Below are positions 26,278-36,863 of a stretch of 64,000 nucleotides of DNA, piece after piece. Every line of letters starts with the position of its first letter. The stretch's first letter is position 1. Position numbers and translations under genes: made by a program. Below the pieces are notes generated by a model that had not been told where the DNA came from, made no database searches, and saw only the letters and a program-made list of their open reading frames with translations. Source of the stretch: Candidatus Cloacimonadota bacterium (GTDB lineage Bacteria > Cloacimonadota > Cloacimonadia > G963667145); the NCBI GenBank assembly GCA_963667255.1, contig OY762940.1, forward strand, positions 1,216,001 through 1,280,000, given 5' to 3'.

Positions 26278-28977
26278 CTAATGTGCGTCCAGCCAATTAT
26301 CGGCAACCTTTATGTCAACAGTCAGCTTAATCCCGCAATCGAACTCGTATTCCATCTCTTTTTTTATCAAAGGCAGAAGATTTTCGATATCAGATTTCGG
26401 AATTTCAAAAACTAACTCGTCATGCACTTGAAGAACCATTTTTGCATTCTCGGGCAAAACCTTTTGCAATTTTGTCATCGCCAGTTTTATGATGTCGGAA
26501 GCCGTCCCCTGAATAGGCATATTGACGGCAATCCTCTCAGCTTGAGCCTTGAGTCTGCTGTTAGTGGACAAAATATCCGGCAACTGAAGTTTTCGTCCAA
26601 AAAAAGTCCGCACCGACTCTTCGTGAGTAGCTTGCTTAATCTGATTTTCGATAAAATCTTTAACCGTTTTAAATTTTTCAAAATACTTTTCGATAAAGGA
26701 TTTTGCTTCAACAACCGAAATTCCGGTCGATTTTGCCAAAGATTTTGCTCCCATACCGTAGATAATCCCGAAATTTATTGTTTTCGCCAAGGCTCTTTCC
26801 GTTCTTCCAATCTCGTTCCCCTCAAAAATCAATTTTGCCGTTTGCATATGCACATCTTCATTATTTTTGAATGAGTTTAGCAAAATCTCATCTTGGCATA
26901 ACGCTGCTAAAATTTTCAACTCCATTTGCGAATAGTCGGCAGCTACGATGCAATATTGGTCGTTTTGGGCAACAAACGCTCTTCTGATTTTCTTGCCTTC
27001 ATCGGATTTTACGGGAATATTTTGCAAATTTGGATTTGAGCTGGATAGTCTGCCTGTGGAAGTAATTGCTTGATTAAAATTGGTATGAACCCTCTTCGTT
27101 ACGGGATTAATCAGCTTTGGCAGAGCGTTGATATAGGTTGAAAGCAACTTGTTTATCGTTCTGAATTTCAAAATTTCTTTCACAATTTCGTGCTCGTTAA
27201 TCAGGTTTTCCAAAACAGCTTCGGAGGTAGAAAAGCCGGTTTTTGTTTTGGCGGTAGCTGTTAAACGCAGTTTTCCAAACAAAATTTCCTGCATCTGTTT
27301 TGGAGAGTTCAGGTTGAACTTTTCGCCTGCCAAATCGTAAATATTTTTTTCACAAACAATTATCAGTTGCTCCAACTCTCCTCTTTGCTTTTGCAAAACG
27401 GTTTTGTCTATATACACACCGTTCAATTCCATTTGTGCCAACACCGGAACCAAAGGCATCTCAATAGTCGTAAACAATTCGTATAGTTGCAAATCGACCA
27501 ATTTGGATTTGTATTTTTTATACAATTTGCAAGTTATAAAAACATCTTCACAAGAGTATTCGGCAGCTTTTGTTGGGGAAATCTCGCTAAATTTTGCACC
27601 GCTTGTTACAGCGGAAAACTGTATCATCTTCTTGCTAAATTCCTGAAAAGCACAATCTTCCAAGCTCAATCCGCCTCTCCCGGGCTTCATCAGATAAACA
27701 GCAATCATCGTATCAAAATATATCACATTTTTGGGCGAAAATTCATTTTGGGTTAGAAATTTTAAGTCAAATTTAAGATTGTGCCCGATGAGGGTTTTGT
27801 TATTCAATTTGTCGAAAATTGAGTTTAACTCATTATTTGTCCATGTGATGCCTTGGTGCAGGATTGGGAAATAAAAAGATTTTTCATCAAGAAAACAAAA
27901 GCTGATGCCCACAAGCTCATCTTGGAAAGGGTCAAGCCCGTTAGTCTCGGTATCTATCACAACTATCTCTTCTTCTCCAAGCCTATCTAACAATGTTTGC
28001 AACTTTTTTGGGGTATCAATTAGCTCGTAATCAAAACTAAAATATTCATCGCTATTTGGTTGACTGGAAGGCTCATCAAACAATGTCAGCTGGACATTTG
28101 AATAATTTTTGGGAATCTCTTTTGGAGCGAATTTGCTAATCCTCTCTGCCAAATTCCACAATTGTTGCTCTTTTAAATAAGCAGACAAATCTTTCAGCTT
28201 TTCCGTGCTGAACGCTAAGTTGAGATTGTCAAATTGCAAATCTGTGACAATAGTGGCTAACTTTTGGGACAAAAAAGCGTTCTCTTTGTTTTCAATTAGT
28301 TTATTTTGCAGAGAACTCGGCTTTATTTGATCTATATTTTCATAAATATTTTCCAAACTTGAAAATTCCAGCAAAAGCTTTTCCGCACCTTTTTTGCCTA
28401 CTCCTTTTATCCCGGGAATATTGTCCGCACTGTCCCCCATTATCGCCAAATAATCAATCATTTGAGCGGGTAAAATCCCCAGCTTGTCTTGGACGAAATT
28501 TATATCAATCAGAGAGTTTTTGCTCAGGTCGAACATCGTCACGCTCTCATCTATCAGTTGAAAGAAATCCTTATCTCCGGAAACAATCACGACCTCATAA
28601 TCTTTTTTCATTTTCGTGGCGAAAGAACCGATAATGTCGTCAGCCTCATACCCGTCTTTTTTCAGATTCTCAATATTTAGAGATTGGAAAATTTCTTGAA
28701 TGATTTTGACTTGAGAGATTAAATCTTCTGGCATCGGAGGTCTATTTGCTTTGTATTCGTGATAAACATCGTTGCGGAAAGAGCCACCTTTTTGGTCAAA
28801 AGTAACAGCGAGTTTGTCTGGTTTGAAATCTTTAATAAAGCTAAAAAACATATTGAAAGTGCCATAAATAGCACTTATATTTTCGCCTTTGTCGTTGGTC
28901 AGCGGATTGCGAGAAAAAGCGTAATGTGCTCGATAAACCAAAGCACTACCGTCAATTATGTAAATCTTCTCTCTCAT
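26278..28977 (-). CDS. polA: DNA polymerase I
   Basis: 5'-exo (IDGS, YKANR, GYEADD, SGDKD, GDSADNIPG), 3'-5' exo (DTET, HNLKFD), polymerase (TGRLSS.NPNLQN, ADYSQ.E, K..NFG..YG, QVHDEL). Confidence 0.97.
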   Translation of the reverse strand: MREKIYIIDGSALVYRAHYAFSRNPLTNDKGENISAIYGTFNMFFSFIKDFKPDKLAVTFDQKGGSFRNDVYHEYKANRPPMPEDLISQVKIIQEIFQSLNIENLKKDGYEADDIIGSFATKMKKDYEVVIVSGDKDFFQLIDESVTMFDLSKNSLIDINFVQDKLGILPAQMIDYLAIMGDSADNIPGIKGVGKKGAEKLLLEFSSLENIYENIDQIKPSSLQNKLIENKENAFLSQKLATIVTDLQFDNLNLAFSTEKLKDLSAYLKEQQLWNLAERISKFAPKEIPKNYSNVQLTLFDEPSSQPNSDEYFSFDYELIDTPKKLQTLLDRLGEEEIVVIDTETNGLDPFQDELVGISFCFLDEKSFYFPILHQGITWTNNELNSIFDKLNNKTLIGHNLKFDLKFLTQNEFSPKNVIYFDTMIAVYLMKPGRGGLSLEDCAFQEFSKKMIQFSAVTSGAKFSEISPTKAAEYSCEDVFITCKLYKKYKSKLVDLQLYELFTTIEMPLVPVLAQMELNGVYIDKTVLQKQRGELEQLIIVCEKNIYDLAGEKFNLNSPKQMQEILFGKLRLTATAKTKTGFSTSEAVLENLINEHEIVKEILKFRTINKLLSTYINALPKLINPVTKRVHTNFNQAITSTGRLSSSNPNLQNIPVKSDEGKKIRRAFVAQNDQYCIVAADYSQMELKILAALCQDEILLNSFKNNEDVHMQTAKLIFEGNEIGRTERALAKTINFGIIYGMGAKSLAKSTGISVVEAKSFIEKYFEKFKTVKDFIENQIKQATHEESVRTFFGRKLQLPDILSTNSRLKAQAERIAVNMPIQGTASDIIKLAMTKLQKVLPENAKMVLQVHDELVFEIPKSDIENLLPLIKKEMEYEFDCGIKLTVDIKVADNWLDAH

Positions 28978-30167
28978 TTTTTAACCAATTTGACGAGTTT
29001 AATAGCTTTCTTGTCCGATTTTTCAACAGTCAGTTGGCAATCGCCTATTCTGAGATTATCGCCGATTTTGGGAATAGATTCCATGGTAAACAAAATAAGT
29101 CCGGCAATAGTGTTATAATCTTGGTTCTCAGGCAAATCCAGTTTATATTCTTCGTTCAGATAGTCAATTTCAGCTTTCCCATTTATCAAAAATGAGTCGC
29201 TATTCAGCTGCTTGACCAAGATTTCGTTATCCAAATCGTATTCGTCTTCAATCTCGCCGACCAACTCTTCTAAAATATCCTCAATAGTTACTATCCCCGA
29301 AGTGCCACCATAAGAATCGACAAGCACACAAAAAACGCTTTTGTTGCTTTGCATATTTCGCAAAAGTTTATCAATTTCAATATTGTCGGGAGCAAAATGC
29401 GGTTTTCGCATTATGTCTTGAATACTCTTTTTATCAACCTTCAACAAATCGTATAAAGTCAGCACTCCAACGATTTTGTCGATAGTTTCCAAATAGACGG
29501 GAAACCTCGTATATCCGCTTTCTTTCGCCAGATTTATAGCCTCGTGCAACTGTTCTTCTTGATTGATGGCGACAATGTCAGTTCGCGGTGTCATTATCTT
29601 TCGAGCTTCCACCACAGAAAATTCTAACCCTTCTTGTATTAAATCTTCTTTAGTTTCTTCGTCTTCATCATCCAGGATGCTGGCTAATTGGTAAGGCAAT
29701 ATCTTCTCTTCCAAGATTTTCTCGTCACCCTCCAATTTTTTTATTAGTTTTGAGATAAATAAGCTGAACGGATAAAATAGCTTGTAGAAGAACAAAAAGA
29801 AAGGTAAGGATTTTTTAACTAACTCCTCGGAATACTCTTTATACAAAATTTTGGGTAAACTCTCAGCAAAAATCACCATAAATCCCGAGAGAAAGAGCGA
29901 CAAAATCTCTGAAGAATAGGGTAATCTCAAATTTTGCGAACAATAATATGTAAACAGCGAAGCGAGGGCAATATTGGACAGATTGTTTCCTATGAGAACA
30001 GAAGAGATGACTTTTTCTATATTCAAGCACAAAGAGTAAACTTTTTTGGAAATTTTGCTTTTTTCGGCGTCGAGCTTGAGAGCAACTTTGTCCAAGGTTA
30101 AAAACCCAGTTTCCAATCCCGAAAAAAAAGCGGAAAGACAGAAGAATAAAAACAGGAGATAAATCAT
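28974..30167 (-). CDS. HlyC/CorC (CNNM-CBS-CorC) family transporter
   Basis: SAFFSGLET, LIGNN, MTPRTDI, GYTRFPVY, VDSYGGTSGIVTIEDILEELVGEIEDEYD. Confidence 0.92.
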   Translation of the reverse strand: MIYLLFLFFCLSAFFSGLETGFLTLDKVALKLDAEKSKISKKVYSLCLNIEKVISSVLIGNNLSNIALASLFTYYCSQNLRLPYSSEILSLFLSGFMVIFAESLPKILYKEYSEELVKKSLPFFLFFYKLFYPFSLFISKLIKKLEGDEKILEEKILPYQLASILDDEDEETKEDLIQEGLEFSVVEARKIMTPRTDIVAINQEEQLHEAINLAKESGYTRFPVYLETIDKIVGVLTLYDLLKVDKKSIQDIMRKPHFAPDNIEIDKLLRNMQSNKSVFCVLVDSYGGTSGIVTIEDILEELVGEIEDEYDLDNEILVKQLNSDSFLINGKAEIDYLNEEYKLDLPENQDYNTIAGLILFTMESIPKIGDNLRIGDCQLTVEKSDKKAIKLVKLVKK

Positions 30168-30871
30168 TTTTTTCGGCTAAATCGCAATCTCCAAACCATA
30201 AAAATTGCTTCAAAAACAATGCTTTTACTCATCTTTGATTGCCCTAGCGTCCTGTCTGTGAACACAATGGGAATCTCTTTTATTTTGAAACCCTTTCTCC
30301 ATGCTTTGTAATTCATCTCAATTTGAAAAGAGTAGCCTTCAGCATGAACTTTGTCTAAATTAATAGCTTTCAGAACTTTTGCTCTAAAACACTTAAAACC
30401 GCCGGTTGGGTCTTTAATCTGCATTCCCGTGAGAAACCTGACATAAAAAGATGCTCCATAACTCAAAAACAGCCTTTTCAGTGGCCAATTGACGATGTGC
30501 ACTCCCTTTATGTAGCGAGAGCCTATTACTAAGTCAGCATCATTGCACGCTTCCAACAATCGGGGAATATCGCTTGGGTCGTGAGACAAATCTGCATCCA
30601 TCTCCATGATATACTCGTATCCCTTTTTCAAAGCGAATTTGAACCCGCGAATATAAGCAGAACCAAGTCCCATCTTTCTCGGTCTCACAATCAAATTAAT
30701 TCTTGGGTCTTTGTCCGCTAATTCCTGCACCAATTCGTAGGTTTTGTCAGTGGAATTATCATCAATAATCAAGATATCCAAATCGCTTTTGGCTTCAAAA
30801 ACTTTAGCAAACAAAGATTCAATATTGCATCTTTCGTTATAGGTAGGGATAATAATTAGAGTATTATTCAA
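30164..30871 (-). CDS. Polyprenol-monophosphomannose synthase (GT2, DPM1-like)
   Basis: IIPTYNE, DDNS.D, GLGSAY, MDADLSHDP, GSRY, DPTGGFK. Confidence 0.9.
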   Translation of the reverse strand: MNNTLIIIPTYNERCNIESLFAKVFEAKSDLDILIIDDNSTDKTYELVQELADKDPRINLIVRPRKMGLGSAYIRGFKFALKKGYEYIMEMDADLSHDPSDIPRLLEACNDADLVIGSRYIKGVHIVNWPLKRLFLSYGASFYVRFLTGMQIKDPTGGFKCFRAKVLKAINLDKVHAEGYSFQIEMNYKAWRKGFKIKEIPIVFTDRTLGQSKMSKSIVFEAIFMVWRLRFSRKK

Positions 30872-32168
30872 AGTAACCTCTCTTCATATTTTCGTTGCTT
30901 TCCACCAAGGCTTTGATAGGCTCTAAGGCATTAATGGAACGAGTTTCGAGAACTTTCAAAATAGTTCCTCCTCCTGTGAAAAAATAGTAGTTAGGGTCAT
31001 CGTCTGCCTTACGGAAAAGATTGGGCAGTCCCAATTTAAATTCCTGGTTCGTGTCGCCACCGCCATAGAGTTTATGAGCTTTTTTATTCCCGTCGATAGC
31101 TGTGTACAGGGCTATACTCCCCTCCAAATAATGAGGACTAAAACCCATAACAGCATTAACAAAAATAGTTTTTGCAGAAGACAAAGCAGCTTTTATATCG
31201 TCCTGTTCGACAAACGAAGATGCCGCATCTACTATGTAACCAACCTTTTTTCTTTTTTGCAAATCTTCCAAGGTCACCTCTTTCCAGTCAGCTTCATCTT
31301 TCCCTGCCAATTTATCAGCTTCGACGAGATGCCTGATAAGAAGTATCTTGTGCTCATCATCTTTAACCGCTTGTATAAATTTTTTAGCTTGCTCTTTTTG
31401 CTCTGGCAAAACTCCCGCAATATCCAAATCGTATTTTGCCGCAATGTATGTATTGTAAATATGACCACCCAAAATCAAATGGTCAACTGTTTTGATAATA
31501 GAGGTCAAAGTCTCTATCTTCGTGTCAAATTTCATTCCGGCAATCACGGCAATCATCGGCTTTTTTGGTTTCAATACACTCTTCAGATTTTGAACTTCAT
31601 ATTGCATCAGATATCCTGCGTAGGACGGAAGATACTTGGCAACTCCGCAAGTTGAGGCGTGTGCCTGCCACGAACCAAAAGCATCGTTGACGAAAATATC
31701 AGCCAATCCCGCCAATTGTCTGCTCAGGATATCCTCTTCCTCTCCACCCGCTTCTTCGCCTTCAAACCAACGCGTATTGGGCAAATATATACCACCAATT
31801 TTCCGTTTTTGCAGTTGTCTTATCAACAAGTTAATCGAAGTATCAATCGTTTTAATGGATTTACCAAAGTCAATTTTGGGAATTACAAATTTTGTATAAA
31901 GCCTATTTTCCAAATATCTGACAATTGGCTCAACGGAGTCCATCTCCTTAATCTGAATACTACCATCTTTGCTGCGAGGACGACCAACATGACTCATCAA
32001 AATAAGCCTTCCGCCTCTCTCAACGATGTTATAAAGAGTTCCGATTGTTCTGTTAATTCTTTCAGGGTCTTTTATCTCTCCCTTTTTCAAAACATTATGG
32101 TCAACTCGAACCAAAACAGTTTTGCCTCTTACATCTGCATCTTGCAACTTGGCGAATCTGATATCCAC
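30864..32168 (-). CDS. pgk: Phosphoglycerate kinase
   Basis: VRVDHNV, SHVGRP, NTRW, FVNDAFG, GGGDT, TGGG. Confidence 0.9.
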   Translation of the reverse strand: MDIRFAKLQDADVRGKTVLVRVDHNVLKKGEIKDPERINRTIGTLYNIVERGGRLILMSHVGRPRSKDGSIQIKEMDSVEPIVRYLENRLYTKFVIPKIDFGKSIKTIDTSINLLIRQLQKRKIGGIYLPNTRWFEGEEAGGEEEDILSRQLAGLADIFVNDAFGSWQAHASTCGVAKYLPSYAGYLMQYEVQNLKSVLKPKKPMIAVIAGMKFDTKIETLTSIIKTVDHLILGGHIYNTYIAAKYDLDIAGVLPEQKEQAKKFIQAVKDDEHKILLIRHLVEADKLAGKDEADWKEVTLEDLQKRKKVGYIVDAASSFVEQDDIKAALSSAKTIFVNAVMGFSPHYLEGSIALYTAIDGNKKAHKLYGGGDTNQEFKLGLPNLFRKADDDPNYYFFTGGGTILKVLETRSINALEPIKALVESNENMKRGYFE

Positions 32169-32169
32169 A

Positions 32170-32511
32170 TTAGACTCCTTTTACAATTTTTAAGTAAATT
32201 TCTTTGGAATTAATATCGGTTATTTTTTTCTTGGAAACAAAATCATCATAATAATCGCTGAACCTTTCGGCGTATCCTCGGGTAACCCATTCTTTCATTA
32301 GTTCTTCTCCCGACAACTTTTCATTGCAATCTTTCCCGAAATATTCCAAACATTTCAGTTGGATTAACATCCTTATATTTGGTTGCATTCTTGTCAGGAA
32401 CTCCTTCAAAATACAATTATCGGAAGTGCAATCATCATGGCAAAGATTTTTTAAAAAACTACGATATTCATCTTTCGAGTAAGTGAGCATAATCTTGTCC
32501 TTTCTCAACAA
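32170..32511 (-). CDS. Hypothetical protein (Cys-containing)
   Basis: ORF fills the gap in a tightly coupled minus-strand operon; start uncertain. Confidence 0.55.
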   Translation of the reverse strand: MLRKDKIMLTYSKDEYRSFLKNLCHDDCTSDNCILKEFLTRMQPNIRMLIQLKCLEYFGKDCNEKLSGEELMKEWVTRGYAERFSDYYDDFVSKKKITDINSKEIYLKIVKGV

Positions 32512-33166
32512 ACACTGGATTTAATTCCAAAGTTTCCCAAAATATCCTTCTGTCTTTGGAAAGACAAATAATCTTCTTGGAGTTAATAGCCACCTTGTAT
32601 AAATCAAGAAAAGTAGAGTTTTTTAAATCAGGATCATCTTTGGTAGCAATGATATCGTAACTCTCTTTCAACCTTTTGATTTTCGAATTAAACGGCATAT
32701 CAATTAGAATCTTTTCTTTTTTGTCAGAAGCAATCTTCAAATTTTTTAAAATATTTTTCTCTTCTATTTCCAAAGAAAAAAGCCTAACAAATGTCGGGAG
32801 AACCTCTTCCCAAGGAGAGAATTTGAAATTGCATATTTTTTCGTCTTTGCTCAAAATAAGAGAATTTTTAAAAAACGAAAGCTTTTTCTTCTCTTGAGCC
32901 AAATCAAGAATGATAACATCAGTTTCATCACTGGGAATAAAGTTTATAAACTTTAGATTTTCTAAGGAAAAACATGCATCCCAAAAATCTTTGAACTCAA
33001 TATCGCTAATAATTGTTATCTCATTGAATTTATTATGCCAAGAGTTTAAATAAGATAGAAAATTCAAATTCTCATAAAAATCCAAGCCAAGCAAAACAAT
33101 GACTTTGTTTCTGTTTTTTATCAGAGAACCAAAATCAATTTTTTTTGGTTTAAACAGCCCAAACAT
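32468..33166 (-). CDS. Hypothetical protein
   Basis: 232-aa ORF overlapping both neighbours in the operon. Confidence 0.6.
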   Translation of the reverse strand: MFGLFKPKKIDFGSLIKNRNKVIVLLGLDFYENLNFLSYLNSWHNKFNEITIISDIEFKDFWDACFSLENLKFINFIPSDETDVIILDLAQEKKKLSFFKNSLILSKDEKICNFKFSPWEEVLPTFVRLFSLEIEEKNILKNLKIASDKKEKILIDMPFNSKIKRLKESYDIIATKDDPDLKNSTFLDLYKVAINSKKIICLSKDRRIFWETLELNPVFVEKGQDYAHLLER

Positions 33167-33847
33167 AATTTTTCGGATTTTCGTAATAGTCTATTTTCTT
33201 GTTGTTCAGATGTGCGATGGCGTCGGAATTTTTCTCTACACACTCTCTGTCGTGAGTTATGATAATAGAGGTATAATCGCCCTTTTCGTGTATGGAATTA
33301 ATGAGTTCGATTATTCCTCTCGAAGTTTTTGGGTCAAGACCAGTCGTCGGCTCATCGTAAATAATATACATCGGGTCTAACACTATCGACCTTGCCAGTG
33401 CCACCCTTTTCAGCATTCCACCCGACAACTCCGAAGGCATTTTGTCCAACTCCTTTTCTTGTAAACCAACCATTGCCAATTTATCGAGAACTATCTCTCT
33501 TATTTTGCTTTCTGTAAAATCTTTACGATGCTCAAAAAGAGGCAAAGCTATATTTTGATATACATTAAAAGAGTCCAAAAGAGCAGAACCTTGAAAAGCA
33601 TTGACAAATTTTTGCGAACTTCAAAGACACTTTTGCCTTTGATTTTCCCCAACTCCATTCCTTCGATAGTAATCTTGCCAAAAGTCGGCTTTAGCAACCC
33701 GATAATGCACTTTACCAAAACACTCTTCCCAGAGCCACTCTCCCCAACAATTACGGTTCGCTTGTTTTTTTTGATGGTTAAATTTATTCCATCTAAAATC
33801 GTTTGCCCCGAAAGAACAACAGATAAATTTTCGATTTCAATCATCAA
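33150..33847 (-). pseudogene. mlaF: MlaF-family ABC ATPase interrupted by a one-base frameshift (pseudogene or sequencing error)
   Basis: Walker A GESGSGKS lies in the 5' ORF; LSGGM, YDEPTTGLDP and ITHD lie in the 3' ORF. One extra T in the run at 33594-33597 restores MLFQGSALLDS. Confidence 0.85.
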
Positions 33848-35202
33848 TTACAGAGTTTATCCAATTCAATTCTGAATATGTTTTCCAATTCCTCAACTCG
33901 TTTTTGGCTATTAGCTTCAAACCGCATAACAAGCACCGGCTGAGTATTAGAGGCTCTTATCAACCCCCAACCATCTTCAAAATTTACTCTAACACCATCA
34001 ATACCTATGCAATCGTATTTTTTATTTATAAAGGACAGTTTGATTTTTTCAACAATCTCAAATTTTTTGCTATCTTCACAGTCAAATCTAATTTCCGGAG
34101 TGCTGTAAAGCGTAGGTAAATCTTCCAACAACTCGCTGACACTTTTTTCACTTTTGCTCAAAATCTCCAAAAATCTACACGAAGCATAAATGGCATCGTC
34201 AAACCCAAAATATCTGTCTTTAAAAAAAATATGCCCGCTCATTTCGCCACCGAATTTTATGCTGTCCTCACTCATTTTTTTCTTAATCATTGAGTGACCG
34301 GTTTTATACATAATAGCTTTTCCGCCGTGAGTGACAACATCATCATAAAAATTTTTGGAGCATTTTACATCGGCAACCACTTTTTCTCCGGGGTTGCTTT
34401 TTAGAAAATCCCGAGCAAAAATATTAAGAATTTGGTCTCCAAAAAGCATATTCCCCTTTTCGTCAATCACGCCGATTCTGTCCGCATCTCCGTCCAAACC
34501 AATTCCAATACTGTAGCCCGAGTTTTTGACTTCCGTTATCAAATCTTTCATATATTCGGGAACAGTCGGATCGGGATGATGATTGGGAAAAGTTCCATCC
34601 TGCTCACAAAAAAGCTCTTTTACTTCCGCTCCTATTCCTTTCAAAATAGCTGGAGCTATCGGTCCACCTGCTCCATTGCCGGCATCTATCACAACTTTTA
34701 CGGGTTTTTGCAGTTTAAAACGAGAAATCAAATCTTTGATGTAAAACTCAACGATGTCAGTATTTTTGGTCAGCTTTCCATCTCCATTTACAAAATCTTC
34801 GCTGGCAATAAAAGAGTAAATTTGTTGTATCTCATCCCCAAAGATGCTACCCGTGCAACCAATATTCATTTTGAACCCGTTAAACTCAGGAGGATTGTGG
34901 CTTCCAGTAATCATCACACCTGCATCAATGTTAAGATGTTGGATAGCCCAATACAAACAGGGGGTGGCCATAATGCCAGCATCAACTACATCGATTCCTG
35001 ACTCTATCAGCCCTTTGCTAAACCTCTCAATATACAAAGGAGACGAAAGTCTGGCATCGCCACCGATTACACAAGTTTTAAAATTTCCTCTTATCAAATA
35101 AGATCCAAAACCTCTACCCAAAAGATAGACTGTTTCAGGGGTTAAGTCTTTATCAACAACCCCACGGATGTCGTATTGACGAAAAATTTCTTTATTTATC
35201 AT
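33844..35202 (-). CDS. Phosphomannomutase/phosphoglucomutase
   Basis: FRQYDIRG, TGSHNP, DGDADR, GEMSGH, RASNTQP. Confidence 0.95.
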   Translation of the reverse strand: MINKEIFRQYDIRGVVDKDLTPETVYLLGRGFGSYLIRGNFKTCVIGGDARLSSPLYIERFSKGLIESGIDVVDAGIMATPCLYWAIQHLNIDAGVMITGSHNPPEFNGFKMNIGCTGSIFGDEIQQIYSFIASEDFVNGDGKLTKNTDIVEFYIKDLISRFKLQKPVKVVIDAGNGAGGPIAPAILKGIGAEVKELFCEQDGTFPNHHPDPTVPEYMKDLITEVKNSGYSIGIGLDGDADRIGVIDEKGNMLFGDQILNIFARDFLKSNPGEKVVADVKCSKNFYDDVVTHGGKAIMYKTGHSMIKKKMSEDSIKFGGEMSGHIFFKDRYFGFDDAIYASCRFLEILSKSEKSVSELLEDLPTLYSTPEIRFDCEDSKKFEIVEKIKLSFINKKYDCIGIDGVRVNFEDGWGLIRASNTQPVLVMRFEANSQKRVEELENIFRIELDKLCN

Positions 35203-35217
35203 AGTTTTATAATCCCA

Positions 35218-35442
35218 TTAATTGGTAAAAAAGTCGAAAATATTTCCCAAAGTTGAGGTTTGACCTTTGTAAAATTCAGAATATTTACATCTCGTGCAGG
35301 TAACTACAGTAAATTTTTTGTTTTGCACATCAAAAATCTTGCTCAATCCACCACCTGTCGCTGCCATTTGGTCTATCTCGCACTCTTTATTTCCGCATTT
35401 CGGACAAATATATTCTTGATTCAAGGTTCCCTCCTTATTCAT
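35218..35442 (-). CDS. Small zinc-ribbon putative nucleic-acid-binding protein
   Basis: CPKC...SKIFDVQNKKF...CTRCKYSEFY. Confidence 0.85.
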   Translation of the reverse strand: MNKEGTLNQEYICPKCGNKECEIDQMAATGGGLSKIFDVQNKKFTVVTCTRCKYSEFYKGQTSTLGNIFDFFTN

Positions 35443-36044
35443 AAATCTAAGTTTTCAAAATATTTTTCAATTATTGGCGATATCTTCTTTAACGCCTCTT
35501 TTCTGTGGCTTATTTCATTTTTTTGCTCGCTACTCAACTCACTAAAAGTTTTGTCATAACCATCGGGAATAAAGATGTTGTCATAACCAAATCCTCTCGT
35601 CCCCTTTTCTTCAAGAGCAATTTTACCCTTCATTCTTCCTTCGCACTGTCCAACGATTTTCCCATCAGCATCACAAAGGGTAATTACGGTCGCAAAATAA
35701 GCCTTCCTGTTGGTTTCCCCAGCTAATTCTCGCAACATCTTGGCTCTGTTGTCGGCAAAGCTACAACCTTCTCCTGCGTATCTGGCAGCAAAAATTCCTG
35801 GTTGCCCATCCAAAGCATCAACGAACAATCCCGTATCGTCAGCAATAGCCGGCTTCTTGATAGTAGTGGCAACTATGCCAGCTTTTTTAAAAGAGTTCCC
35901 TTGCAAACTATCTTGGTCTTCATCAATTTCGGGCAAATCAAAATCCAAAGCCGACAAAATTTCGTAGCTTGTTTTACCCAGTATCTCCTTGATTTCTTTC
36001 ACTTTATGCAAGTTGCCAGTGGCAAGGACAAGTTCTGCTTTCAC
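35439..36044 (-). CDS. rdgB: dITP/XTP pyrophosphatase (HAM1 family)
   Basis: ATGNLHK, ADDTGL.VDAL.G.PG, GFGYD, ISHR. Confidence 0.95.
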   Translation of the reverse strand: MKAELVLATGNLHKVKEIKEILGKTSYEILSALDFDLPEIDEDQDSLQGNSFKKAGIVATTIKKPAIADDTGLFVDALDGQPGIFAARYAGEGCSFADNRAKMLRELAGETNRKAYFATVITLCDADGKIVGQCEGRMKGKIALEEKGTRGFGYDNIFIPDGYDKTFSELSSEQKNEISHRKEALKKISPIIEKYFENLDL

Positions 36045-36050
36045 TGTAGC

Positions 36051-36863
36051 CTATTTCTTCTTCTCTTTAATTTTCTTGTTAAGATAGTCGATGTTGCTTT
36101 CCAGCACTTTCACATTCAAATCGTCAGGATTAATGCTAATCAAAATTTTCAAAGCCTTCCGATAGTTGCTCAGAGATTTTTTATACTCCTTGTTATTCAT
36201 ATAGGCAAGCCCCAAATTGTTGTAATCAACCGCTGTAACTATATTATCTTCGCCCAAGTTTTGTCTGTCGATTTCCAGAGCCTGACTAAAAAACTTAATG
36301 GCGTTAGGGAAATCCGCATTATCTCTGTAAATCTCTCCCAAGTTTGTCAAAGATGCCGCCATTCTCGCAAAATCGTCTCTGCTTTTTTTAGGCAAACCTT
36401 TCAGGATTTCCAAGCACTTCATCAAGTTAGCACCAGCCAATCTGTATTTTTTTTCTTCCAAATACACGCCGCCAACATTGTTGTAAAAACTTGCCAACAC
36501 AGCACTTGGAGTTTCTCCATTCAACTTTTTATACAAAGTAAGAGCCTTTTCATAATACTCTTTTGCCTTTTCGTATTGTTTGTCAGAACCGTAAGCACCA
36601 GCAATATTGTTAAACAAAACGATGTATAACTGGTGGTCATCTTCTACAGTGCGACCATAGTAAAGCAAAGCGTTTTCATATTCAGCAATCGCTTCCTTGA
36701 TTTTTGCATTGTTTTGATATTGCATACCTTTGCGAACAGATTCACTGGCAACTGCCAACCATTTTTCTTGATTTACATTATAATAAACTTTTACCCCTGC
36801 AAAAACAAGAGCAACCAAAATAATTATAGAACCCAAAATCCATAACAATTTTTTATTCATCAT
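36051..36863 (-). CDS. Membrane-anchored tetratricopeptide-repeat protein
   Basis: N-terminal TM; repeated NN(I/V/L)G.AY....Y..A..YY.KAL units. Confidence 0.88.
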   Translation of the reverse strand: MMNKKLLWILGSIIILVALVFAGVKVYYNVNQEKWLAVASESVRKGMQYQNNAKIKEAIAEYENALLYYGRTVEDDHQLYIVLFNNIAGAYGSDKQYEKAKEYYEKALTLYKKLNGETPSAVLASFYNNVGGVYLEEKKYRLAGANLMKCLEILKGLPKKSRDDFARMAASLTNLGEIYRDNADFPNAIKFFSQALEIDRQNLGEDNIVTAVDYNNLGLAYMNNKEYKKSLSNYRKALKILISINPDDLNVKVLESNIDYLNKKIKEKKK

